This document shows positions 14,642 through 21,601 of a stretch of 24,000 bases of DNA, piece by piece. This DNA is from Salsipaludibacter albus (lineage in GTDB: Bacteria; Actinomycetota; Nitriliruptoria; Nitriliruptorales; Nitriliruptoraceae), in contig NZ_JAHOPH010000005.1 in NCBI RefSeq assembly GCF_019798055.1, positions 118,426 to 142,425 on the forward strand, written 5' to 3'. Under the pieces are notes generated by a model that made no database searches, was not told the DNA's origin, and saw only the letters and a program-made list of their open reading frames with translations. The first letter of the stretch is position 1. Each line of letters starts with the position of its first letter. The translations under genes and the position numbers were made by a program.

Positions 14642-15841
14642 TCATTCCATCGTCAACAGGTAGGCGATGACGGCGTCGAGCTCGTCCTGGGGCAGTGACT
14701 CGAAGCTGTTCATTCCGATGCCGTCGCCGGGACGCATCGCCTTCAGTGACGGGGCGTTGCGGACCCAGGAGGTCAGCAGCTCGACGTCGACCTCGTCGGT
14801 GAACGCCGAGTTCGGATCGTCGGGGTCCTCGCGGAAGTACAGGTCGAAGATCGCCCCGGCGAACTCCTCGCGACTGAGCAGGTGGGTCAGGTTGGGGCCG
14901 GTCCGGGGCACGAAGTCGTCGGCCGAGGCCACGGCGGTGTCACTGATCTGGCCATGGCAGGCCACGCAGTTGCTCTGGAACACGTAGTGGCCACGGGCGA
15001 CCTGCTCGTCCACGCCCTCGGGGACCTCCTGCGCCTCGAGCTGCTCGGGGGTCAGCTCGGCGAACGCGGCGGCGACGTCGGAGGGCGCCTGCTGCTCGGC
15101 GACCCACTGGTCGAACTCGTCCTGCTCCAGCACCTCGGCGCGGTTGCGCATGTTGGCGTGCGACAGGCCGCAGTACTCGGCGCACTGGCCCAGGAACCGG
15201 CCGGTCGTGTCGGCCTGCATGTTCAGGGTCGTGATGCGGCCCGGAAAGACGTCCTGCTTCCCGGCCAGCGCCGGGACCCAGAAGGAGTGCAGGACGCCGC
15301 GGTCGGCGGACCCGGCCTCCTCGGCCCGCATCTCGAGGTGGATCGGGGTGTCCACCGGGATGACCAGCTCGTTGGCGGTGATGACGCCGGAGTCGGGGTA
15401 GCGGTACTCCCACCACCACCGGTGCCCGATGACCTCGATGGTCATCGCACCCTCGGGCTCCTCGGCCAGTGCGAACACCTGTTGGACGGTCGGCACGGCG
15501 ATGCCCGCCAGGATCAGGGCCGGGATGACCGTCCACACGATCTCGAGCCGGGTGTTGCCGTGGACCTGCTTGGGCAGCTCGTCGTCGTCACTGCGTCGGC
15601 GGTACCGCACGACCGTGTAGATGATCAGGCCCTGGACGAACACGAACACGACGGCGGCGACGACCATGACGGCCTTGAACAGGTCGTCGGGCGCCTCGGC
15701 GAAGGGGCCCTGCGGGTCGAGCATGGTCTGCGCGCCGGAGCAGCCGGCCAGGACGAGGGCCAACAGCGCCAGGCCGACGCCGCGGAGCACGCGGCCGGGT
15801 CGGGGGGCGCGTCGGGGGCTGCGCGATGGGGTGCGTCGCAC
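14642..15841 (-). CDS. ctaC: Cytochrome c oxidase subunit II with C-terminal cytochrome c domain (caa3 type), lipoprotein signal
   Basis: CuA site CAEYCGLSHANM, heme c motif CVACH, and distal IGMNSF. Lipobox LVLAGC. The chosen GTG 15841 has a strong SD, GAGGAGacgacacgGTG. The track ORF's ATG at 15955 would add 38 non-signal-like residues. Confidence 0.9.
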   Translation of the reverse strand: MRRTPSRSPRRAPRPGRVLRGVGLALLALVLAGCSGAQTMLDPQGPFAEAPDDLFKAVMVVAAVVFVFVQGLIIYTVVRYRRRSDDDELPKQVHGNTRLEIVWTVIPALILAGIAVPTVQQVFALAEEPEGAMTIEVIGHRWWWEYRYPDSGVITANELVIPVDTPIHLEMRAEEAGSADRGVLHSFWVPALAGKQDVFPGRITTLNMQADTTGRFLGQCAEYCGLSHANMRNRAEVLEQDEFDQWVAEQQAPSDVAAAFAELTPEQLEAQEVPEGVDEQVARGHYVFQSNCVACHGQISDTAVASADDFVPRTGPNLTHLLSREEFAGAIFDLYFREDPDDPNSAFTDEVDVELLTSWVRNAPSLKAMRPGDGIGMNSFESLPQDELDAVIAYLLTME

Positions 15842-16111
15842 CGTGTCGTCTCCTCGTTCCTCGATGCCCCGTGGCTGGTGGCCACGAGCCGACGACCCGG
15901 TGGTCCGGCACGCGCGGGGCGCACGAGAGGACGGTCCGGTCAGCGGGGTGGGCATGCAGTTGTTCGTCGACCCCGGGTGGTCCGTGGTGGTCGCCGAACA
16001 CCCTGCTGCGGTGTCGACGGCGACCTGCTCGGCCCGGGTCCGGGGCTGGCGTGACCGATGCGCCGACTCGGCGTCCGCCGGGGCGTCGTGCCGTGCCGGG
16101 CATCCTCCGCG

Positions 16112-16117
16112 AGTCTA
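16112..16117 (-). promoter_or_regulatory. Candidate -10 (TAGACT) for the cta operon
   Basis: This is the only TA dinucleotide in the entire 356-bp region 15842-16197. On the minus strand it forms a TANNNT hexamer oriented toward ctaC, which implies a ~260-nt leader. Confidence 0.25.
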
Positions 16118-16197
16118 GCGATCCGGCGGCCACCGTCCGCTCGGCCGTGCCCCGGGGATCGTTCGTGGAACGACCGCGACCGGTGCACGACCGTCGC

Positions 16198-16944
16198 TCA
16201 GCCGTCCCAGCGGAAGGAGCGCACGGCGGCGACGGTGGCCACGACACCCCAGCCCACCACCACGGCCGCCGCCGACCAGTCGATGGTCGCCGGGCTGGAC
16301 AGGGCGGCGCGCAGCACGTTGCCCAGGGCTCCGGAGGGCAGCAGGGAGCCGACCGCCGCGACGTCGGCCGGCAGGGCGTCGGGGTCGAAGGCCAGGCCCG
16401 AGACCAGCAGCAGGACGAGGAACAGGGCGTTGGTGAGCGCCAGGGTCAGCTCGGCCGTGAGCGTCCCGGCCATGAGCAGCCCGATCGCGGCGAACACGCC
16501 GCCACCGACGAGCGTGGCCACCACGGCCACGGCCAGCGAGCCGGTCGGCTCCCAGTCCAGCAGCAGGACGGCCACCGCCACCGTCGCGGCCACCTGCACC
16601 GCGAGCAGCACCACCATCGCCAGGGCCTTGGCGAGCACGAACGACCCACGCGTCAGCGGCGACGTCCCGAGTCGCTTGAGCACGCCGTACTTGCGCTCGA
16701 AGCCCGTCTGGATGGCCAGCGCGACGAGCCCCGTCGCCATCGCCGAGATCGCCAGGACCCCGGGCACCAGGAACGCGACCGGGTCCCCGTCGGTCGGGAG
16801 CACGTCCACGAACCCGAAGAAGACCAGGATCCCGAGCGGGATCCCCAGCGTGACCACCAGGCTCTCGCCGTTTCGCACCAGCAGGCGCAGTTCGAGTCGG
16901 GCCTGGGCCAGGACCATGCGATGGCGCGGTGCCGGGGCGCCCAT
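16198..16944 (-). CDS. ABC-2 type transporter permease
   Basis: 248-aa ORF with 6 hydrophobic helices. It has typical ABC-2 features (N-terminal ARLELRLLVRN, FERKYGVLKRLGTSP loop). Its start overlaps the ATPase stop (TGATG). Confidence 0.8.
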   Translation of the reverse strand: MGAPAPRHRMVLAQARLELRLLVRNGESLVVTLGIPLGILVFFGFVDVLPTDGDPVAFLVPGVLAISAMATGLVALAIQTGFERKYGVLKRLGTSPLTRGSFVLAKALAMVVLLAVQVAATVAVAVLLLDWEPTGSLAVAVVATLVGGGVFAAIGLLMAGTLTAELTLALTNALFLVLLLVSGLAFDPDALPADVAAVGSLLPSGALGNVLRAALSSPATIDWSAAAVVVGWGVVATVAAVRSFRWDG

Positions 16945-17891
16945 CAGCGCCGCTCCTGCTCGTCGACCAGACCGGTCCCGCCGGTCAGCCGCAGGAACAC
17001 TTCCTCGAGTCCGCGCCGCCCCGCGTTCAGGCTGGTCAGGGTGACGTCGGCCTCGGCCAGGGCTGCCGCGAGCGCCGCCACCAGCCCGGGTGACGGCGGT
17101 GCGGCGATGCGGTGGTCGAGGTGGCCGCGATCCCGGACGTCCACGCCCAACCGGGCCGTCAGCGCAGCGGTGTCCACCACGCGGTCCGTGGTGAACACGG
17201 TGTCGTCGGACCGGGCGAGGTCCGACGGGGTGCCGGCGGCCACCACCCGGCCCCGGTCGATGATGACCACGTCGTCGGCCAGCACCTCGGCCTCGTCGAG
17301 CAGGTGGGTGGTCAGCACCACCGCCACGCCGTCGTGGGCCAGCCCGTCCACCAGTTCCCAGGTGGACCGACGCGCCGCCGGGTCGAGGCCCGCCGTCGGC
17401 TCGTCGAGGAACGCGACCTCCGGACGACCCACCAGCGCCAGCGCGAGCGCGAGTCGTTGCTGCTGTCCGCCGGACAGGTCACGGAAGCGGGTCCCGAGGG
17501 ACCCGTCGAGACCGGTGCGATCGAGCAGGTCGTCGACATCGAGCGGGTCGGTGAACAGTGCCGCCTGGGTCGCCAGCACCTCGCGTGGCCGGGCCTGTGG
17601 GTACACGCCCTGCTCCTGGAGCATCACGCCCAGGCGTGGCCGCACGAACGACCCGTCCGCCACCGGGTCACGACCGAGCACGCGGACCCGGCCCGCGTGC
17701 GGCCGCCGCAGGCCGACGCACGTCTCGACCGTGGTGGTCTTGCCTGCCCCGTTGGGTCCCAGCAGGGCGAGGGTCCGTCCTGCCTCGACTGCGAGGTCCA
17801 GCCCGTCCACCGCGACGTGGTCGCCGTAGCGCATGACCAGCCCCGACACCTCGATCGCCGGGGCGGCCGACGTGCGAGTGGCTGCGGACAC
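16944..17891 (-). CDS. ABC transporter ATP-binding protein (DrrA-like, ABC-2 subfamily)
   Basis: Walker A GPNGAGKTT, signature LSGGQQQRL, Walker B VAFLDEPTAGLD, H-loop LTTH. The chosen GTG 17891 has the SD AGGAGccgcgcGTG. The track ORF's upstream 95 aa are Arg/Pro/Trp-rich. Confidence 0.9.
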   Translation of the reverse strand: MSAATRTSAAPAIEVSGLVMRYGDHVAVDGLDLAVEAGRTLALLGPNGAGKTTTVETCVGLRRPHAGRVRVLGRDPVADGSFVRPRLGVMLQEQGVYPQARPREVLATQAALFTDPLDVDDLLDRTGLDGSLGTRFRDLSGGQQQRLALALALVGRPEVAFLDEPTAGLDPAARRSTWELVDGLAHDGVAVVLTTHLLDEAEVLADDVVIIDRGRVVAAGTPSDLARSDDTVFTTDRVVDTAALTARLGVDVRDRGHLDHRIAAPPSPGLVAALAAALAEADVTLTSLNAGRRGLEEVFLRLTGGTGLVDEQERR

Positions 17892-17966
17892 GCGCGGCTC
17901 CTGGCCTCGCTGGACGCGCCCGGGACCCCGGGCGGAGGGACGAACGACTCGAGCGTAACCGCGGTC

Positions 17967-17992
17967 GGTGGGCGCCGAATCCGGCTCCCACC
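17967..17992. promoter_or_regulatory. 26-bp imperfect palindrome in the divergent intergenic region (candidate operator or hairpin)
   Basis: ggtggg-c-gccg-aatc-cggc-t-cccacc: 6+4 bp arms with one central mismatch pair. Confidence 0.25.
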
Positions 17993-18121
17993 GGGGCCGA
18001 CCGCCTCGGGGACGCGTCGGTGGCGGCCGTCCCCCAGACCGGTCGTCGGCTCCGGCGCAGGGCCGTCCGGGCCACTGGTCGGGACACCACCGGCCTCCCC
18101 ACCGGCGACCTGCCCAGGACG

Positions 18122-18127
18122 TAGGCT
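18122..18127 (+). promoter_or_regulatory. Candidate -10 (TAGGCT) placed for a leaderless AI-2E transporter mRNA
   Basis: cgTAGGCTcgcaccATG: a TANNNT hexamer exactly 6 nt upstream of ATG 18134, with no SD. Confidence 0.3.
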
Positions 18128-18133
18128 CGCACC

Positions 18134-19456
18134 ATGACCCGCGCCACGGAGTCCGACGTCCCGGACGACGATGCACCCGCGACCGATGACCGGTCGCGGG
18201 ACGTCCGTGATGCCCCTGACCAGGACTCGACGGCAGCCGCGGGAGCCGACCGTCCAGCGGACGACGCCGGTCACTGGAGCGACGGCCTGCCCTTCGGCTC
18301 CGACACGACCGACCCCGACGCCCGGGGCATCGCCCAGGAGGTCGTCGTCGTGCCCTGGCGACGCTGGCGGCCCCGCCTGATCTGGACGCTGGTGCTCGGC
18401 ATCGCGGGTGGATGGCTCCTGGCCGGTCTCGCGTCGGCGTTCTTCGGCCGGGTCCGGCCGATCCTGATCAGCATCACCGTCGCGCTGTTCGTCTCGTTCG
18501 CGCTGGAGCCTGCCGTCAAGTGGATGAGCCAACGCGGCATGTCCCGTGGGCTGGCGACCGGCATCGTGTTCCTGGTCTCCACCATCGCGTTCGTGGGCTT
18601 CCTGGCCGCGATGGTCCCGCTGATCGTCAGCCAGGTCGCCACCCTGGTCGAGTCCGGCCCCGAGATCGTGGACTCGCTGAGCAGCCAGGCCCAGAACCTG
18701 CCGTGGGGACTCGGCGACCGCGCGGCCGAGTGGATCGCCGGGCTCCAGCAGGACCTGCCCAACCGCCTGCCGGACTTCGCCAGCTCGGCCAGTCGCGGCG
18801 CGCTCAACGTGGGTGCCTCCGTCGGTGGGGCCCTGTTCAACCTCCTGACCATCGCCCTGGTGGCGTTCTACCTCGCCGCCGACGGTCCGCGTTTCCGCCG
18901 GGTGCTGTCGTCCAACATGCGTCCGGGCGCGCAGCGCGAGTTCCTCGAGGTCTGGGAGATCGCGGTCGAGAAGACCGGGGGCTACCTCTACGGCCGGGTC
19001 CTGACCGCGGTCGCGTCGGCGGTGTTCCACACCATCGTGTTCCTGGTGATCGGCCTGGACTACGCGTTCGCGCTGGGCGCATGGGTGGGCGTGATCTCCA
19101 GCGTGATCCCCGTCGTCGGCACCTACCTCGCCGGCATCCTCCCGATCGTCATCGCGCTGGCGTCGTCGTTCGGCCAGGCCATCTGGGTGCTGGTCGCGAT
19201 CGTGGTCTACCAGCAGGTCGAGAACCTGGTCGTGGTCCCCCGCATCACCGGCCAGACAGTCGAGCTGCACCCGGCCGTGGCGTTCATCGCCGTGCTGATG
19301 GGGGCTGCACTGTTGGGTGCCGTCGGCGCGCTGCTGGCGATCCCGACGGCCGCGATCGTGGCCGCGCTGTGGTCGGCGCGCAAGGAACGCCACGACGTCG
19401 TGGACCACCACCTCACCAACGGCGACCTGCCACGGAGTGGGGAGGAACGGACGTGA
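18134..19456 (+). CDS. AI-2E family transporter (PerM/YhhT-like) with acidic N-terminal extension
   Basis: 440-aa ORF with ~8 TM helices. Characteristic AI-2E segments: LLTIALVAFYLAADGPRF, YLYGRVLTAVASAV, VIPVVGTYLAGILP, YQQVENLVVVPRITG. Confidence 0.8.
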   Translation: MTRATESDVPDDDAPATDDRSRDVRDAPDQDSTAAAGADRPADDAGHWSDGLPFGSDTTDPDARGIAQEVVVVPWRRWRPRLIWTLVLGIAGGWLLAGLASAFFGRVRPILISITVALFVSFALEPAVKWMSQRGMSRGLATGIVFLVSTIAFVGFLAAMVPLIVSQVATLVESGPEIVDSLSSQAQNLPWGLGDRAAEWIAGLQQDLPNRLPDFASSASRGALNVGASVGGALFNLLTIALVAFYLAADGPRFRRVLSSNMRPGAQREFLEVWEIAVEKTGGYLYGRVLTAVASAVFHTIVFLVIGLDYAFALGAWVGVISSVIPVVGTYLAGILPIVIALASSFGQAIWVLVAIVVYQQVENLVVVPRITGQTVELHPAVAFIAVLMGAALLGAVGALLAIPTAAIVAALWSARKERHDVVDHHLTNGDLPRSGEERT

Positions 19457-20304
19457 CCGACACGAGCACGGGGGCCGGCACGGGCCATTCGGGGCACTGG
19501 GCGGCCACCGTGCCGACCGGGCCGGGGGACGACGCCGAGCAGCTCGCGGCGCGCCTGTGGGCGGTCGGGGCCCTGGGCGTGTGGGAGCGGTCCGGCGAAC
19601 TGGTCGGGTACTTCCCTGGCCCACCGGACGACTTCCCGGACGACCAGCGGGACGGGCTCCCGGACGACGTCCGGTGGAGCCACGAGCCCGAGGTCGACCA
19701 CGTCGCCGCCTGGCGGGCCGCCGCCCGGCCGGTTCGCGCCGGTGCCGTCGAGATCGTGCCCGACCACCTCGCGAACTCGCACGACACGCCACCCGGCGTG
19801 CATCGCATCCTCCTGGACCCGGGCCAGGCCTTCGGATCCGGTCACCACGAGACCACCGCCGGATGCCTCGAGGTGCTCGCCGAGGTGGATCCCGCTGGTC
19901 GGTCCGTGCTGGACCTCGGCACCGGGACCGGGATCCTGGCCATCGCGGCGGTCCTGCAGGGTGCGGCCTCCGTGCTGGGGGTCGACACGGATCCGCACGC
20001 CGTCGCCGTGGCGCGGGACAACGCCCACCACAACGACGTGGAGGTCGACCTGGCCGTCGGGGCGCTCGACGACGTGGACGGCCGGTTCGACGTCGTGCTC
20101 GCGAACCTCCTCACCGCCACGCTGGTCGAGCTCGCGGACGACCTCCCCGGCGTGATGGCCCCGTCCGGGTGGCTCGTGGCCAGTGGGGTCGGCACCGAGC
20201 GGGCCCACGTCGTCGCCGACGCCTTCACGCGGGCCGGACTCCGCGACGTCGAGGTCCGGCCACGCGGGGAGTGGGTGGTCCTCGTGGCCCGGGCCGCGAC
20301 GTGA
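19453..20304 (+). CDS. prmA: Ribosomal protein L11 methyltransferase
   Basis: 3' part of track ORF 18412-20304. GTG 19453 has the SD GGAGGAacggacGTG and overlaps the upstream stop (GTGA). PrmA motifs: LDPGQAFGSGHHETT, VLDLGTGTGILAIAA, GVDTDPHAV, ANLL. Confidence 0.8.
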   Translation: MTDTSTGAGTGHSGHWAATVPTGPGDDAEQLAARLWAVGALGVWERSGELVGYFPGPPDDFPDDQRDGLPDDVRWSHEPEVDHVAAWRAAARPVRAGAVEIVPDHLANSHDTPPGVHRILLDPGQAFGSGHHETTAGCLEVLAEVDPAGRSVLDLGTGTGILAIAAVLQGAASVLGVDTDPHAVAVARDNAHHNDVEVDLAVGALDDVDGRFDVVLANLLTATLVELADDLPGVMAPSGWLVASGVGTERAHVVADAFTRAGLRDVEVRPRGEWVVLVARAAT

Positions 20305-21545
20305 GCTCGCTCCCCGAGGGGCCGATCGAGGCGGTCGTGGACGGGTTCACGCACGGAGGCGAGGGCGTGGCGCGGGTGGACGGCAAGGCGGTGTTCGTCC
20401 CCGGGACCCTGCCCGGCGAGCGGGTCCGGCTGGAGGTGGTCGACGACCGCAAGCGGTGGGCGCGCGGACGGCTGCTGGACGTCCTGGACCCGGCCGCCGA
20501 GCGCGTGGCACCACCGTGTCCGCACGCCCACACCTGTGGCGGCTGCGACCTCCAGCACGTCACGCCCGACAGCCAACGTCGGCTCAAGACCCGGGTCGTC
20601 ACCGAGCAACTCGTCCGCCTGGGCGGTCTCGACGACCCACCGGTCGCCGACACCGTGGCGGTCGGCCCGGACCTGGGCTATCGCACGGTGGCGCGCATGC
20701 ACGCCGACGAACAGGGCCGGCTGGGCTTCCACCGGGCCGGGACCAACGACGTCGTCCCGGTCGCGGTGTGCCCGGTGCTGACCCCGGGGGCCCAGGACGT
20801 CCGCAGCGCGGTGGGCGACCGGACCGGGGCGGCCGAGGTCACGGTCCGGGCCACCTCGACCGGCGACCGCGGGGCGGTCCTGCATCCCGGTCCGGGCCCC
20901 CTCGACCTCCCCGGGCTCGACGACGGGGCGACGCTCCAACTCGCCCAGCCGGACGGCTCGACCGTGACGGTGCGCGGCGACGGGACCGTGACCGAGCGGG
21001 TGGCGGGGCTGGACTTCACCGTCGACGTCGACGGGTTCTTCCAGACCACGACCGACGGCGCTGCGGCACTGGTCGAGGCGGTCCTCGGGGTGGTCGGCGA
21101 CGTCTCGGGACTCGTCGCGTGGGACCTCTACGCGGGCGTCGGGCTGTTCAGCCTGCCCCTGGCTCGCGCCGGCGCCACCGTGACGGCGGTCGAGGGGGTC
21201 GCCCGTGCCGTGGACCACCTCCGCGACAACGCGTTGCGTGCCGGACTCGACCAGTCGGTCGTGGCCGATGCGCTCGACGTGGCCGACTTCGTCCGCCGCC
21301 GCCACGACGCCCCGCCCGACGTCGTGGTCCTCGACCCACCCCGCACGGGTGCCGGCGCCGAGGTGGTCGCCGAACTCGCCGGACACCGACCCGGCGACAT
21401 CGTCTACGTCGCCTGCGACCCGGCCGCGCTGGCACGCGATGCCCGCGCGCTCGCCGAACACCACTATCGGCTGGTCTCCGCACAGCCGTTCGACCTGTTC
21501 CCGATGACCCACCACGTCGAGGTGGTGGCACACTTCCGGCCCTGA
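20301..21545 (+). CDS. TRAM-domain, Fe-S-type SAM-dependent RNA (uracil-5)-methyltransferase (RlmD/RumA/TrmA family)
   Basis: 3' part of track ORF 19317-21545. GTG 20301 overlaps the prmA stop (GTGA). It has an N-terminal TRAM-like segment (GEGVARVDGKAVFVPGTLPGERVRLEVV), a Cys cluster CPHAHTCGGCDLQH plus a later C, and the methyltransferase core DLYAGVGLFSL, VLDPPRTG, YVACDP. Confidence 0.8.
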   Translation: MSSLPEGPIEAVVDGFTHGGEGVARVDGKAVFVPGTLPGERVRLEVVDDRKRWARGRLLDVLDPAAERVAPPCPHAHTCGGCDLQHVTPDSQRRLKTRVVTEQLVRLGGLDDPPVADTVAVGPDLGYRTVARMHADEQGRLGFHRAGTNDVVPVAVCPVLTPGAQDVRSAVGDRTGAAEVTVRATSTGDRGAVLHPGPGPLDLPGLDDGATLQLAQPDGSTVTVRGDGTVTERVAGLDFTVDVDGFFQTTTDGAAALVEAVLGVVGDVSGLVAWDLYAGVGLFSLPLARAGATVTAVEGVARAVDHLRDNALRAGLDQSVVADALDVADFVRRRHDAPPDVVVLDPPRTGAGAEVVAELAGHRPGDIVYVACDPAALARDARALAEHHYRLVSAQPFDLFPMTHHVEVVAHFRP

Positions 21546-21601
21546 TCGCGCGGACTACCGTCGGGGAGCGCGGCACGACCAGTCGTCCACTCGGGAGAGC
21601 G

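Noticed and set aside
11341-14670. 1109-aa plus-strand ORF
   Set aside because: It is antisense to ctaG, ctaF, ctaE and ctaD, all of which carry unmistakable oxidase motifs. Its composition is R/G/D/H/E/Q-rich artefact.
15842-15955. N-terminal extensions of track ORFs (ctaC from ATG 15955, ctaA from 8800, ABC ATPase from 18176, cupredoxin ORF from 11256, prmA/rlmD/antiporter ORFs from 18412, 19317 and 20183)
   Set aside because: The upstream portions are R/P/G-rich, overlap neighbouring real genes, and lack RBSs. The internal starts have SD sequences or stop/start overlaps, and give sensible signal peptides or N-termini.
15826-19792. Long ORFs 15826-17829 (+) and 17624-19792 (-)
   Set aside because: They are antisense to the ABC-2 permease/ATPase and to the AI-2E transporter respectively, and both are R/P/G/D-rich.
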